A stretch of DNA of 64,000 nucleotides from an uncultured Nitrospiraceae bacterium (GTDB lineage Bacteria; Nitrospirota; Thermodesulfovibrionia; Thermodesulfovibrionales; Dissulfurispiraceae): NCBI GenBank assembly GCA_963727805.1, contig CAVSHF010000003.1, forward strand, positions 2,304,001 to 2,368,000. The letters are read 5' to 3'. Below, piece by piece: positions 41,164 to 52,368 of the stretch. Each line of letters begins with the position of its first letter. The first letter of the stretch is position 1. The position numbers and the translations under genes are program-made. The notes beneath the pieces are model-generated. The model was not told the origin of the DNA, searched no databases, and saw only the letters and a list, made by a program, of their open reading frames with translations.

Positions 41164-42087
41164 TCAATGCCGACAACATGCGCACTTAGTGCCCTGGATA
41201 GCATTCCTCTTTTCGAACCTCTCTTCTATGTCGCGGATAATCTGGTGCCGCGTCTTCCCCCACTGAGGCGCGATGAGGATCTCATCAGGAGATGTCGCAA
41301 AGAGCCGCTGCAGCACAATGTCGGGCGAAAGCCTCTCGACGAAGTCGACGAGAAAGTCGAGGTACTCCGCATACTCGAATGTATGAAACGGGTTGAGATG
41401 GTACTGCCCGGCAAGTACAGTATTCTTTATGACCTGAAGCTGATGAATCTTGAGGAACTCAAGCGGGAGCATCGAAAGCTCATCAGCCATAGCGAGCGTT
41501 TCATCCCGCGTCTCGGTAGGGAGGCCGACAATAATATGGGCGCCGATGTGGATACCCTTGCCCACGGTCAGTTTCAGTGCATCGAGAAAAGTCCGATAAT
41601 TATGCCCCCTGAGAATGTAGTCGAGGCTTTTATCATAGATCGACTGGAGGCCGTATTCAACGACGATGAAATGGTCTTTTGCTAGAGATTCAATGAGCGC
41701 GATCTTTTCAGTATCGACGCAATCGGGCCTAGTCCCGATGGCAAGCCCGAGTATCGAGGGCTCAGAAAGGGCTTCGCGATATAGTTTCTCAAGTTCATCA
41801 ACGGGTGCGTAAGTATTCGTGAATGGCTGAAAATAGACAAGGAATTTCCCGGCCTTATACCGCATCGAGAGGTAGCTTATTCCCTTTTTGATCTGGTCCC
41901 TAAGCGGGGTCTCGGGCTTGCACCCCGTAGGTCTGAAACTGTCATTGTTGCAATAGATGCACCCTGTAGTACCAACCGTCCCGTCCCTATTGGGGCATGT
42001 GAAGCCAGCGTCAACATTCACTTTGTAGACTCTAGCGCCGAACTTCTTCCTCAGATACGGCCCAAAGGCATTGAATCTGGAGCTCAT
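41164..42087 (-). CDS. TIGR01212/YhcC-family radical SAM protein
   Basis: AGFTCPNRDG...GCIYC, YFQPFTNTY, GTRPDC, LKIHQL. Confidence 0.9.
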   Translation of the reverse strand: MSSRFNAFGPYLRKKFGARVYKVNVDAGFTCPNRDGTVGTTGCIYCNNDSFRPTGCKPETPLRDQIKKGISYLSMRYKAGKFLVYFQPFTNTYAPVDELEKLYREALSEPSILGLAIGTRPDCVDTEKIALIESLAKDHFIVVEYGLQSIYDKSLDYILRGHNYRTFLDALKLTVGKGIHIGAHIIVGLPTETRDETLAMADELSMLPLEFLKIHQLQVIKNTVLAGQYHLNPFHTFEYAEYLDFLVDFVERLSPDIVLQRLFATSPDEILIAPQWGKTRHQIIRDIEERFEKRNAIQGTKCACCRH

Positions 42088-42170
42088 TTTTAATTATCGA
42101 TTTTTAGAATCCGTAATGTCAAATGGCCTCTGTTCTGATATACTATAAACAAAAAAATCAGGAGGATATC

Positions 42171-43526
42171 ATGGCTATCGTCGATTTAAAAAAGGTTGTC
42201 GAAGTCAAAGACGGCTCCCTTTTCATAAAGGACAAGACGGGTCTCAGGCACATAATGGATGGCCTCATTTACAGCGCCGTGTTTGAGCCCGATGAAGCAA
42301 AGAAACAAGGGCTCTTCATTCTTATCAAGGAGATCGCAAAGGCCGCAGGGGCTGTTCCCGCCTCCATCCAGAGTCTCTACGAAGAGATGGGAAGGAATTA
42401 CCCCGGGTTCACTGTGCCCGCCATCAACATTAGAGGTCTCACCTATGATGTTGCCCGTGTGATATTCAGAAAAGCCCTCGGAATGAAGGTCGGTCCCTTT
42501 ATCTTCGAGATCGCTCGTTCTGAGATTGGCTATACGAAACAGCGTCCCCTTGAATATTCGAGCGTCATCCTTGCCGCCGCCGTGAAGGAAGGCTATGCGG
42601 GCCCCGTCTTCATCCAAGGTGATCATTTCCAGGTTGTCAGAAAGAATTTCATGAGCGATCCTGAGCCTGAGGTAAATTATTTGAAGGGTCTGATAGCTGA
42701 AGCCATTGAGGCGGAATTTTACAACATCGATATCGATACCTCTACACTCGTAAATCTTGATCAGTTGACGCTGAAGGAGCAACAGAGGCCGAACTTTGAG
42801 ATGACATCAAAGTTGTCTGAGTATGTACGGCAGCTTCAGCCTGCGGGAGTCGAGATATCCATCGGCGGTGAGATTGGAGAGATCGGCAGCAAGAACAGCA
42901 ATCCCGACGAAGCACGGGCTTATCTCGACGGCATCAAAGAAATCTATAAGGGCGGCAAAGGGTTAAGCAAACTAAGCGTGCAGACCGGCACGAGTCACGG
43001 CGGTGTCGTTTTGCCCGATGGGACTCTTGCCAAGGTGAAGATCGATTTTGATACCCTCAGGCTCCTCTCCGACCTTGCGAGAAAAGAGTATGGCCTTTCG
43101 GGATGCGTGCAGCACGGAGCCTCGACCCTGCCCGATGAAGCTTTTAACATGTTCCCTGAGACGAGCACGTCGGAAGTACACCTTGCCACAGGTTTCCAGA
43201 ATATAATATATGACAGTACGTGCCTTCCCATCGCATTTCGGGAGGAAGTGTACAACTTCATCAAGACCGAATTCGCCAAAGAGAAGAAGGAGAGTCAGAC
43301 AGAAGAACAGTTTATATACAGCACCCGCAAGAAGGGCTTCGGTCTGATCAAGAAGAAATGGTGGGACCTGCCCGAAGATGTTAAACAGGGAATCATGAAG
43401 GAACTTGAAGACAAGTTCGGGTTCCTGTTCGAAAAGCTACGGGTCCGCAATACAGCGGACATCGTTGCACAAACCGTGAACCCCGTTGTAGTCAGGAAAT
43501 CTTTTGACACAACGCTTCTGAGGTAG
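42171..43526 (+). CDS. Class II fructose-bisphosphate aldolase (long type)
   Basis: VPAINIR, QGDH, GGEIGEIG, GTSHGG, QHGAS; AGGAGG RBS before 42171. Confidence 0.85.
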   Translation: MAIVDLKKVVEVKDGSLFIKDKTGLRHIMDGLIYSAVFEPDEAKKQGLFILIKEIAKAAGAVPASIQSLYEEMGRNYPGFTVPAINIRGLTYDVARVIFRKALGMKVGPFIFEIARSEIGYTKQRPLEYSSVILAAAVKEGYAGPVFIQGDHFQVVRKNFMSDPEPEVNYLKGLIAEAIEAEFYNIDIDTSTLVNLDQLTLKEQQRPNFEMTSKLSEYVRQLQPAGVEISIGGEIGEIGSKNSNPDEARAYLDGIKEIYKGGKGLSKLSVQTGTSHGGVVLPDGTLAKVKIDFDTLRLLSDLARKEYGLSGCVQHGASTLPDEAFNMFPETSTSEVHLATGFQNIIYDSTCLPIAFREEVYNFIKTEFAKEKKESQTEEQFIYSTRKKGFGLIKKKWWDLPEDVKQGIMKELEDKFGFLFEKLRVRNTADIVAQTVNPVVVRKSFDTTLLR

Positions 43527-43530
43527 GCCC

Positions 43531-44778
43531 ATGTCCGGGAAAATAAAGGATCTTGTTGGCATAATTGTTGGTGGCGGTCCGGCACCGGGCATTAACGGCG
43601 TTATCAGCGCTGCGACCATCGAGGCCGTTAATGAGGGCAAGCAGGTCGTAGGCATCATGGGCGGCTTTAAGTCCCTCTTTGAAGGCAATAAAGACTGCGT
43701 CATCCCCCTAGACATCGCCGCAGTATCGAGACTGCACACCGAGGGTGGCTCAATCTTGCGGACCTCCCGCGACTATCCGGACAAGGTCAAGGACAAGTTC
43801 AAAACCCTCATGTCGACTCTGAAACAGATCGGTATCAAGCACCTGATCACGATCGGCGGAGAAGGGACCCTCTTCATGGCGAACTGGATTGAAAAGGAGG
43901 CGAGAGGGACCATGAGCGTTGTCCATGTACCGAAGACTATCGACAACGACGTTCCGCTTCCTGGGGGTCAAACGACTTTCGGATACCAGACCGCTCGACA
44001 CTGGGGGGTTGCGATCGTTGAAAACATCATGGAGGATGCCAAGACAACCGGCAGGTGGTATTTCATAACCACTATGGGTCGTAATGCTGGCTATCTTGCA
44101 CTTGGGATCGGCAAATCCTCTGGCGCGACAGTTACCCTTATCGGTGAGGAGTTCAGGGGCATAGAGCATCCCCTTCAGAAGGCAGCTGACGTTCTTACCG
44201 GGGCAATCATCAAGCGGCTCGCGATGGGCAAAGATCACGGGGTAGCCATACTCGCCGAAGGTATTTGCGCGATCTGCCCCACCGAGGATCTGGCACTGTA
44301 CGAACATTGTGAACTCGATGAGACAGGCAGACTCAGGCTTTCAGACATCCAGCTCGGCAGAGTTTTGAAAAACTTTGTAAAAAAGAACTTGGACGAACTC
44401 GGGATATCGATAACAATTGTCGACAAGAGGATCGGCTACGAGCTGAGAGCGGCTGATCCGATCCCCTATGATGTTGAATATACAAGGGACCTCGGATACG
44501 GCGCCATCCGCTATCTGCTCAAGGGTGGGACCGGCTCGATGATCGTTTTTGACCAGGGGTACTTAAAACCCATCCCGTTCGTTGAATTGTTCGACTTCGC
44601 ATCGGGAAGGGTAAAAGTGAGAACCGTCGATACCACTTCCGAGAGTTTTGAAGTCGCCAGAAAGTACATGATCAGGCTCGAAAAAGAAGATTTCGAAGGA
44701 CTTAACCTCAAAAACCTCGCGAAAGTGACCAACCTCTCGCCGCAGGATTTTGCAAAACGGTTTGCTTACGTTGCTTAA
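43531..44778 (+). CDS. pfp: 6-phosphofructokinase, probably PPi-dependent
   Basis: GGGPAPGIN, PKTIDND, MGR, GYELRAA. Confidence 0.85.
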   Translation: MSGKIKDLVGIIVGGGPAPGINGVISAATIEAVNEGKQVVGIMGGFKSLFEGNKDCVIPLDIAAVSRLHTEGGSILRTSRDYPDKVKDKFKTLMSTLKQIGIKHLITIGGEGTLFMANWIEKEARGTMSVVHVPKTIDNDVPLPGGQTTFGYQTARHWGVAIVENIMEDAKTTGRWYFITTMGRNAGYLALGIGKSSGATVTLIGEEFRGIEHPLQKAADVLTGAIIKRLAMGKDHGVAILAEGICAICPTEDLALYEHCELDETGRLRLSDIQLGRVLKNFVKKNLDELGISITIVDKRIGYELRAADPIPYDVEYTRDLGYGAIRYLLKGGTGSMIVFDQGYLKPIPFVELFDFASGRVKVRTVDTTSESFEVARKYMIRLEKEDFEGLNLKNLAKVTNLSPQDFAKRFAYVA

Positions 44779-44780
44779 CT

Positions 44781-46832
44781 TTACCTCAAAAGTCTTGATG
44801 AGTTCAGAAAGACAAGAACATCAGGTATGATGTGGGCCACTGCCGCAGCGGTCGGCGAAAGGATACCAGTTGAGGCGAGCCCTATGCCTACCAGATTGAA
44901 GACTATCCCTAAGGCTAGATTCTGTCTGATAACGTTGAAGGTATTTCTTCCTATGGCAACAGCCTGGGGCACCTGCCTCCACTCATCACGCATGAGCGCT
45001 ATGTCGGAAGCCTCGATAGCCGCGTCCGAGCCGGCAGCGCCCATCGAGATGCCGACATGGGCAAGGGCGAGCGCCGGCGCGTCATTTATACCGTCTCCCA
45101 CCATTACCACTCGTTTGCCCTCCGAGACAAGACCCCGTATCCTCTCGACCTTGTCCTGCGGGAGTAAGCCGGCCATGACGTTCGTTATCCCCAGACGTGA
45201 AGCCACAATGCGTGCGGTCCTCAGGTTATCGCCTGTCATCATGACCGGCTCGTCGAAGCCGAGCGACTTCAGTCGACCGATAGCTTCAATAGTACCCTCT
45301 CTGATTACGTCTGCCACAGCGACAACGCCTACGACTGTGTCTTTGCCCGCGAGCATTAGGACCGTCTTGCCTTCCTCCTCCCGGGCACGACAGTATGCTT
45401 CCACGTCTGCGGATATTGAGATCTCCCGTTGCGCCATAAGCTCCCGATTGCCGAGTAACATCCTCGTTTTGTTGACTGTAGCGCGGACACCCAATCCCGG
45501 CAGTACACTGCTCTCATCAGGCTCCGGTATCTTCACTGCCTCACCTGCAGCCTCCTTCAATATCGCCCTGGCAACCGGATGCTCGGAATATTTCTCGATG
45601 GAAGAGGCCAGGGCGAGTACCTCTTCCCTGCCCACATCGCCAAATCCCTTTATGTCGGTCACCACAGGCTCTCCCAATGTAAGCGTGCCGGTCTTATCCA
45701 CAACGATAGTATCTACCTTTGCCAGGGCTTCGAGATAGCGGCCGCCCTTAATAATGATGCCTTGTCGTGCAGCCGTCCCCATGCTCGCAACTACCGCGAG
45801 TGGTGTCGCGACAGCAACGCTGCAGGGACATGCGACCACAATTACCGCTATGGCATTTCTGATTTCCCCAGTTATCGCATATGTTGCCGCAGCGATCAGG
45901 ATAATCGCTGGGGTGAAATATGATGCGAACCGGTCGGCGATCTTCTGCACCGGGGCCTTGGATGCCTCGGCTTCTTCCACGAGCCTGATAATCCTCGCAT
46001 ACGTCGTATCTTTCCCCGTGTGAAGCACCTTTATGAAGAGTAACCCCATCTGGTTGATAGTCGCCGCATAGACTGCATCTCCTTCTTTCTTTTCAACGGG
46101 GAAAGATTCTCCGGTTATTGGTGCCTCATTCACCGATCCTCTTCCGGAGACAATCACACCTTCGACAGGTATTTTCTCTCCTGGACGGACGACAACAAGT
46201 TCGCCCTTCTTCACCTCTTCGGCCGGCACCTCGATCTCTTCCTCTCCCCTTCGCACGCGCGCGGTCTTGGGGGTAAGGTTGATCAGTTCCTTGATAGCAC
46301 GTCTTGATTTCTCCATGGTGAAGGAATCGATATATTCGGATATCAGCATGAAGAATGCAATGATAGCCGCAGACCGGAACTCACCTATCGCCGTTGCAGT
46401 GGCGACCCCGAGGGCCATAAAGACCTCGGCGGTGATGTTCTTTTGCAAAAGGTCCTGTGCCGCATGTCTGAACAATGGATAACCGCCGATGATGATTGCA
46501 GCCACTGAAAAGAGATCGAACGCCGCTATGTTTGCGTTGAGACCTGCAAGGCCAAGCACGATGAGGAACAGGACAAAACCCATCCTCCAGAAAGGCGAAA
46601 TGCCCGGACTTTTTTCGGCACCCTCTCGCACGACACCGTATCCCAGTCTTTCGATGACTGTTTCAATCTGCTTCCGGAAAATTATAGAAGCATCGAAGGT
46701 GACATCGACCTTTTCAGCACCGAGATAGACGACAGCGGACTCGACACCCTTTTGCCTCAGGAGTGCCTTCTCTATCTTCTCAGCGCATGACGCGCAGTCG
46801 AGGCCTTTAACTGTGATAGTCACCCGCTGCAT
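44781..46832 (-). CDS. Heavy-metal P1B-type ATPase (CadA/ZntA-like)
   Basis: N-terminal CASC HMA domain, TGES, CPC, DKTGT, SEHP, GDGIND. Confidence 0.93.
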   Translation of the reverse strand: MQRVTITVKGLDCASCAEKIEKALLRQKGVESAVVYLGAEKVDVTFDASIIFRKQIETVIERLGYGVVREGAEKSPGISPFWRMGFVLFLIVLGLAGLNANIAAFDLFSVAAIIIGGYPLFRHAAQDLLQKNITAEVFMALGVATATAIGEFRSAAIIAFFMLISEYIDSFTMEKSRRAIKELINLTPKTARVRRGEEEIEVPAEEVKKGELVVVRPGEKIPVEGVIVSGRGSVNEAPITGESFPVEKKEGDAVYAATINQMGLLFIKVLHTGKDTTYARIIRLVEEAEASKAPVQKIADRFASYFTPAIILIAAATYAITGEIRNAIAVIVVACPCSVAVATPLAVVASMGTAARQGIIIKGGRYLEALAKVDTIVVDKTGTLTLGEPVVTDIKGFGDVGREEVLALASSIEKYSEHPVARAILKEAAGEAVKIPEPDESSVLPGLGVRATVNKTRMLLGNRELMAQREISISADVEAYCRAREEEGKTVLMLAGKDTVVGVVAVADVIREGTIEAIGRLKSLGFDEPVMMTGDNLRTARIVASRLGITNVMAGLLPQDKVERIRGLVSEGKRVVMVGDGINDAPALALAHVGISMGAAGSDAAIEASDIALMRDEWRQVPQAVAIGRNTFNVIRQNLALGIVFNLVGIGLASTGILSPTAAAVAHIIPDVLVFLNSSRLLR

Positions 46833-46843
46833 TTTTCTGTCCC

Positions 46844-47269
46844 CTAATTTTCCTTAGTATGAGTGCCGGGCAGACATGCATTTTCATTTACATGCCGCAG
46901 GCATTCGCTGATAAGGCTTGTGATGTGGTTGTCGTCAAGGGAATAAAAAACCATCTTGCCGGTCTTCCGGTACTTCACGAGCCGCATATTCCGCAGTATT
47001 CTCAATTGGTGCGATATTGCGGACTTAGTAGTATTCAGCAGTGCGGCGATATCGCACACGCAAAGTTCATCGATGGCAAGCGCCGAGATGATCTTCGTCC
47101 GTGTAACGTCTCCTAGTGCATTGAAGGTCTCCGCAACCTTTTTTAAGGCTGCTGCCGGCTCCATCTTCTTCATCACCGACGAAACCTTTTTGGGGTTTAT
47201 AGCCGAAACCTCGCAGACATATTCACCCTTGTCAAAAGCCTTGCCAGCTACCGTTTTTCCCTTTGCCAT
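46844..47269 (-). CDS. ArsR/SmtB/CadC metalloregulator
   Basis: [23 protein letters not shown]; start moved to ATG 47269. Confidence 0.92.
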   Translation of the reverse strand: MAKGKTVAGKAFDKGEYVCEVSAINPKKVSSVMKKMEPAAALKKVAETFNALGDVTRTKIISALAIDELCVCDIAALLNTTKSAISHQLRILRNMRLVKYRKTGKMVFYSLDDNHITSLISECLRHVNENACLPGTHTKEN

Positions 47270-47284
47270 ATTCACCCTCGCGAC

Positions 47285-47341
47285 GGTTGAATGGTTGCTC
47301 AACTGTTAATTTATGATATAAAAAATCGGGTTGACTGTCAA
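47285..47341 (-). promoter_or_regulatory. Promoter/operator of the ArsR-ATPase operon
   Basis: TTGACA-17 bp-TATCAT followed by imperfect palindrome GTTGAGCAACCATTCAAC. Confidence 0.65.
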
Positions 47342-47368
47342 GGCGTGCCCTGCAGGAAGGTGAAAAAC

Positions 47369-47398
47369 TTGACGCCCAAAACGTTTTTTTCGTATAGT
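47369..47398 (+). promoter_or_regulatory. tRNA promoter
   Basis: TTGACG-18 bp-TATAGT. Confidence 0.6.
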
Positions 47399-47415
47399 AC
47401 TAATCTGTTCTGTGA

Positions 47416-47491
<76 letters not shown>

Positions 47492-47500
47492 CGAAATTAG

Positions 47501-47532
47501 AAGGGCCGGGCTATATCGCCCGGTCTTTTTTT
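47501..47532 (+). terminator. Intrinsic terminator after tRNA
   Basis: GGCCGGGC...GCCCGGTC stem followed by T7. Confidence 0.75.
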
Positions 47533-47684
47533 GCAGCCGCATGCACGAACAGACGATCTGGCTGCTTACGCTCTACATGTCAATAACTATTACCCGCCCA
47601 TCGGGCATCCCTCGAAGGACCAGATGAAATAGAGTTGGACAGCTGACTTAAATCGCCTTCAATTATGCTATCATTTAAAGTAGC

Positions 47685-48149
47685 ATGAAGAAGTTTTTTG
47701 TTGTCCTGCTATCTGTGCTGATTGGGGTGCTGTTGGCGGCACAGGGGCTCGCTGCCACAACGGGACAGGTTTTCACTAATACGGATCTCGAAAAGTACAA
47801 GGCCGACGTAGATGGTTCCATAATTCCCCAAAAGGCGCAATCTGTCCCTCAAGTTCCTCAACGGGAGCGCCACATCTCAAAGGGGTCGGACGAAAAGCCT
47901 AAACAATACTGGTGCGCCAGGGGATCTTCCCGCCGTGCCAATGTTGATAAGGCAAGGGCAAGGGTTGAAGACGCTGAACAAAAACGCCCTGACCAGGATC
48001 CGGGGTCTTTTATCAAAAATAACCGCACGTCTGCTGAAAAGAAAGTGCGTTCAGCTAAGAAAGAGCTTTACAGAGCAGAACAGTTGCTGGCAGACCTGGA
48101 GCTGCAGGCCCGTAGGCAAAAAATTCCTCCGGGCTGGCTATGCCAGTAG
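47685..48149 (+). CDS. Exported hypothetical protein
   Basis: Signal peptide; VFTNTDLEKY; C-terminal helical region ending IPPGWL. Confidence 0.65.
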   Translation: MKKFFVVLLSVLIGVLLAAQGLAATTGQVFTNTDLEKYKADVDGSIIPQKAQSVPQVPQRERHISKGSDEKPKQYWCARGSSRRANVDKARARVEDAEQKRPDQDPGSFIKNNRTSAEKKVRSAKKELYRAEQLLADLELQARRQKIPPGWLCQ

Positions 48150-48181
48150 TCCAGCGTAAAAAAAACTAGCGATATCGCATC

Positions 48182-48652
48182 TCAGGATATATCCCGCAGA
48201 CGCGTGTGGAGGACCTGTGCTGTACCCTCCTTCATTCTAACAACGGCATCGACAGATGGTCCTACTTCATCAAGCTTCGGCTGGGCCTGTGCCGTTATGA
48301 GTATCTTGCCCGGAAAGCTTCGCTCTGAGATGAACTTTTTAATGGCCGCGACAAAATCCTCTGTCGCGCCGTCGAAATCATCAATCAGCAAGACCGTTTC
48401 AGCTGAAAGCGTTTTTGGCAGTTCATTCAGCTGGCCGACCACGGTGATGTCATCGTTATGTTGATACAATTCCTCGCCGGAAGATGCCCCCGCTGCATTT
48501 AAGTAGTAAGGTTTCCACAGGCCCTTCATCGCCCTGAGGGAAGAGACCGTCTTTCCGGTGCCCCGCCATCCCAGCAGCAGGATGATGGTGTGTGTCTTGA
48601 GAACGTTCCTCAGTATTTCTTCTTTGACGACAAAGGCTATCTCTCTATCCAT
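48182..48652 (-). CDS. Small P-loop NTPase-like protein
   Basis: GWRGTGKT Walker A and LLIDD Walker B; 156 aa. Confidence 0.65.
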   Translation of the reverse strand: MDREIAFVVKEEILRNVLKTHTIILLLGWRGTGKTVSSLRAMKGLWKPYYLNAAGASSGEELYQHNDDITVVGQLNELPKTLSAETVLLIDDFDGATEDFVAAIKKFISERSFPGKILITAQAQPKLDEVGPSVDAVVRMKEGTAQVLHTRLRDIS

Positions 48653-48674
48653 GTGGTCTGCGCTCCGGTCTGTT

Positions 48675-50222
48675 TCAGATTGTGTGCTTCTGCTTGATGG
48701 CGAGGACCGTCTGGTCGCGTAGCATGGTGAGATACTTCAACTCTTCGGCGGTTACCTTTTCGAACGCCGCACTGACCCCTTCGATATAGAAAAGGCCGAT
48801 AGGCTTCTTGTTGATGACGATGGGCAAAATAATAATAAAAATATTGTCGGTAATTTTTTTTGAATACCAGGAGGGCAGAAGAGCTTTGATATCCGGCGTT
48901 GTGATGTCCCTAATAACGAGATCAGTCGGCTTTGACATGGCCAGATTGAAGATGTCTTCGGGCTTGTCCAGAAAGAACTCGAACCATTGCCTGAGGACGG
49001 ACAAGTCTCCCCCGAAGCCGAATTTGATCTTCATCGCAAGCGTTTTCGAATCTCTCAAAAAGAAGAGGACCTTTGAGGTCCCCGAAAAGTTCAGGCCACG
49101 ATAGATCGTTTCGAGCGCGATCTTGATGACCTCATTCAGCGGATAATCGTTCAGGATCGCCGTGTTGATCTCGAGTACTGCCTTGGAGAAAACGGTATCA
49201 GGTGTTTTGTCATTTTCGGCATCGAGAATTCCCGCTATGGAACTGAGACCCGCTGTCATCTCGCCCGGTGGTTTTTCGAGGGCCGCTTCTTGTTTCGCGA
49301 CATTGTCCAATTGCGTCAGGTTGCGGTAAATCAAAAGTCCGGAAGTGTTCAAGTTGAACGTGTCGGCATATTCCGCCACCTCGGAAGCAACATCGCTTAT
49401 TAATTGCTTCAGATTTTCGATGCCGCCGAAATGGGTTTTATAGGTGTTCATCAGTTTCCTGAAGTGTTCTTCCTTATCTTTTGCCGGTGACGGAGATGCA
49501 ATGATTCCCGTAATCTCGTTCGAGAAGTTGGAGAGGCTGCACAGCCTCTCCAATTCGCCGGAATCCGCCTTAATCTCCGCAGGACGAATCTTTTTCATAG
49601 TAGTAACAATTTTCTTAGGGAAGTTCCAGGTTTCGGCGATCTCCTTGCCGATGGTTTCATATGAGGCGCCGAGTACGGACATTGCGGCGACTTCCTCGGT
49701 ATGCCCTTTTTCGACGCATAATCGCGCTATTTCGTCTATTTTCTCGGGCATATAGAAGGCCGTCATGATAGTTCCGAAGGTATGAAAAAGGGAACAGATA
49801 AAGGCCTCTTCAATATTTACACCGCTCGTTTCTTCTGCCAACTTCTGGGCAAGGGCTCCACTGCAGACCGCCCGGAGGAGAAGTTCCTGCACCTTGTCAG
49901 TCGACCTTCCGCCTAATTGATTGAAAAGGAGAAGGGTGACCGCGATATTGCGGATATTTTCAAACCCCAACAGCATTATGGCACGCGATATCGTGGTGAC
50001 CTCTCCGAACTGAAGGTACCCCACGCTGTTAACCAGCTTGAGAATTTTCATGGTCAGGGCGTAATCTTTCAGGATAACGTTCGACAGAGCGGAGGAGGAG
50101 CTGTCGTCGGAGGATTTGAGATCATTGAGCAGGGTGATAGTCTGTGACATGAGGGGGAAATCGCTGTGCTGACCGATCTTTGCTATAAGGATTTCTTTTA
50201 ATTCTTTTGCGTCGGATGCCAT
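48675..50222 (-). CDS. HDOD-domain protein with C-terminal GAF-like region
   Basis: ILKDYALTMKILKLVNS...TISRAIMLLG, LFHTFG, WNFP; start moved to 50222. Confidence 0.85.
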   Translation of the reverse strand: MASDAKELKEILIAKIGQHSDFPLMSQTITLLNDLKSSDDSSSSALSNVILKDYALTMKILKLVNSVGYLQFGEVTTISRAIMLLGFENIRNIAVTLLLFNQLGGRSTDKVQELLLRAVCSGALAQKLAEETSGVNIEEAFICSLFHTFGTIMTAFYMPEKIDEIARLCVEKGHTEEVAAMSVLGASYETIGKEIAETWNFPKKIVTTMKKIRPAEIKADSGELERLCSLSNFSNEITGIIASPSPAKDKEEHFRKLMNTYKTHFGGIENLKQLISDVASEVAEYADTFNLNTSGLLIYRNLTQLDNVAKQEAALEKPPGEMTAGLSSIAGILDAENDKTPDTVFSKAVLEINTAILNDYPLNEVIKIALETIYRGLNFSGTSKVLFFLRDSKTLAMKIKFGFGGDLSVLRQWFEFFLDKPEDIFNLAMSKPTDLVIRDITTPDIKALLPSWYSKKITDNIFIIILPIVINKKPIGLFYIEGVSAAFEKVTAEELKYLTMLRDQTVLAIKQKHTI

Positions 50223-50404
50223 CACCAAATCCCCTTCTTTGTTGCCGGCGGAGCAACTTTTAGTCCGTCGTATGTCCGATTTCCCTTGATTAAATCCCGC
50301 GCAATCAGTAATTATATAATAATACCATGCACCTTTAAAAAAAACGATTAAAGTTGCCACCATTGCTTCTATAATCGTTGAATATATTGTCTTCAGGAGT
50401 TGCC

Positions 50405-51511
50405 TTGTCACATCAAATATCTCAGTTGCCTCAACTGGTAATAAAGGGAAAGGCTCTAACATCGCCTATTATTCAGGGCGGAATGGGGGTCGGTGTTTCC
50501 CTGCATCCGCTTGCTGCCGCCGTTGCCCGCGAAGGCGGACTCGGGATCATATCGAGCGCCTGCCTCGACCGACTCGTATCGAAAAGGACCGGCAAACGAA
50601 TAGGCACCTATGAAGCCACGTACGAGGAAGTTTCGCTCTCAAAGAGTCTCGGGGGCCTTGCCGGCATCAATATTATGGTGGCCCTTGTGAAAGATTACGC
50701 AAATTCGGTGAAGGGTGCACTCGATGCGGGGGCAGATGCCATTATTTCTGGTGCAGGACTGCCGCTCTCTCTGCCTGCTATCCAAGATCCGAAAGAGACA
50801 GCCCTGATCCCGATAGTATCGTCCGCCAGGGCACTTGATATCATATGCAAAAAATGGGAGAAACTTGGGTACCGGCCCGATGCGGTCGTACTCGAAGGCC
50901 CGCTGGCCGGGGGCCATCTCGGCTTCAGAATAGACCAGATCGACCTCGATGCAAACAAGCTCGAAAATCTCCTGCCACCTGTGAAAGATATGGCCCGGAA
51001 ATATGGAGATATCCCGGTGATTGTAGCAGGCGGTATCTATACTCATGCAGATATCGTGAAATTTATCGCCCTTGGCGCCGACGGTGTGCAGATGGGAACC
51101 CGCTTCCTTGCAACCGAAGAGAGCAGCGCACCGGAAGAATATAAGCAGGCCGTCCTTGATGCAAAGGAGGAAGACATCGTCGTTGCCCACCGCCCGGGTT
51201 CGCCTTGTGGACTTCCATTCAGAGTGATAAAACAGTCGCCCATGTATCTGTCATCCCTTAAAGCGCTCAGATCTCCTAAATGCGACAAGGGATATGTGCT
51301 TCTCAAGGATTCCGAGGGGAAATTTACGCTCTGCCCTGCTAAAGTAGACAACAAAGATTATTTTTGCATCTGTAATGGACTGTTGAGTTCTGCAGGATAT
51401 AACCGCACTGAAGAAGAGCCCCTTTATACCGTCGGAACCAATGCCTCGCGGGTTGAGCAGATCTTGTCCGTGAAAGCTTTAATGAACGAGCTTGCCGGCA
51501 ATACCGATTAA
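50405..51511 (+). CDS. Nitronate monooxygenase/FabK-FabX-like flavoprotein
   Basis: IIQGGMGVG, SGAGLP, EGPLAGGH, GVQMGTRF, Cys cluster; TTG start after AGGAG. Confidence 0.85.
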   Translation: MSHQISQLPQLVIKGKALTSPIIQGGMGVGVSLHPLAAAVAREGGLGIISSACLDRLVSKRTGKRIGTYEATYEEVSLSKSLGGLAGINIMVALVKDYANSVKGALDAGADAIISGAGLPLSLPAIQDPKETALIPIVSSARALDIICKKWEKLGYRPDAVVLEGPLAGGHLGFRIDQIDLDANKLENLLPPVKDMARKYGDIPVIVAGGIYTHADIVKFIALGADGVQMGTRFLATEESSAPEEYKQAVLDAKEEDIVVAHRPGSPCGLPFRVIKQSPMYLSSLKALRSPKCDKGYVLLKDSEGKFTLCPAKVDNKDYFCICNGLLSSAGYNRTEEEPLYTVGTNASRVEQILSVKALMNELAGNTD

Positions 51512-51531
51512 TTTCGCCTCTTTCGAAGTAT

Positions 51532-51894
51532 ATGCCTATGGATAAACTAAAGGTTTTATTTCATATCAACGAAACCGAGAAATGGAAAGTTGTTCTCGGC
51601 AATATCTCCAACCTCATCAGTGACGTTGGAGAGGAAAATGTGGACATTGTCGTTGTCGCCAACAGTTTTGCTGTCTATGGCTATACCGATCCCGAAAAAC
51701 TCTCGGTCATTGAGCAGCTCTCTGTTGGAGGAGCGAAGTTCATCGCCTGCCGTAACTCGCTCAGAAATATGTGCCAGGAAGGGGTGGCCTGTGTCAAGGA
51801 AGAACTCCTGCCTCCCTTTATCGTTATAGTTCCCGCAGGTATTACGGAAATCATCAAAAGACAGAGAGACGGTTACGCGTACGTGAAGCCATAG
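51532..51894 (+). CDS. DsrE-family protein
   Basis: ACRNSL, VPAGITEII, GYAYVKP. Confidence 0.8.
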   Translation: MPMDKLKVLFHINETEKWKVVLGNISNLISDVGEENVDIVVVANSFAVYGYTDPEKLSVIEQLSVGGAKFIACRNSLRNMCQEGVACVKEELLPPFIVIVPAGITEIIKRQRDGYAYVKP

Positions 51895-51923
51895 CCGATT
51901 ACCAAAGGCGGAAGAACTCCAGG

Positions 51924-52361
51924 CTACTTTGTACTTTTAAAGTCCTTCGATATCCTGTCAAGAATGCCGTTGATGAATGCCGCCGATTCGGCGGTCGAAA
52001 ATCTCTTTGCGATTTCCAGCGCCTCGTTAATGCTGACAGCATCGGGGATATCGTCCCGAAAAAGGATTTCATAGACCGCGACCCTTATAATGTTCCTGTC
52101 GATGGCCGCCATCCTCAGAAGCTTCCATTTGTCAACAGCCTTCTGGATCAGCGGATTTATATCATCGAGATGCTTTATGACGCCTTTGATGAGGTCCTCC
52201 GCAAATTTCTTTACATCGGGATTGCTCTCGTCAGTACCCTTCCAGAACTCATCAAGACCCCGAAAAAGGTCGTACTTCTTTTGTGCTTCGGGCTCCAGGG
52301 CCACAAGGTCAATGCCATAAAGGAACTGCAGTGCATATTCCCGTGCTTTTCTTCTCTTCAT
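51924..52361 (-). CDS. nusB: Transcription antitermination factor NusB
   Basis: RRKAREYALQ, IDRNIIR, INEA, FINGILD. Confidence 0.95.
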   Translation of the reverse strand: MKRRKAREYALQFLYGIDLVALEPEAQKKYDLFRGLDEFWKGTDESNPDVKKFAEDLIKGVIKHLDDINPLIQKAVDKWKLLRMAAIDRNIIRVAVYEILFRDDIPDAVSINEALEIAKRFSTAESAAFINGILDRISKDFKSTK

Positions 52362-52368
52362 ATCTCCC

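Noticed and set aside
44827..45738. Long antisense ORFs (303 aa here; 285 aa over ftsY)
   Set aside because: Shadows of well-supported genes on the opposite strand
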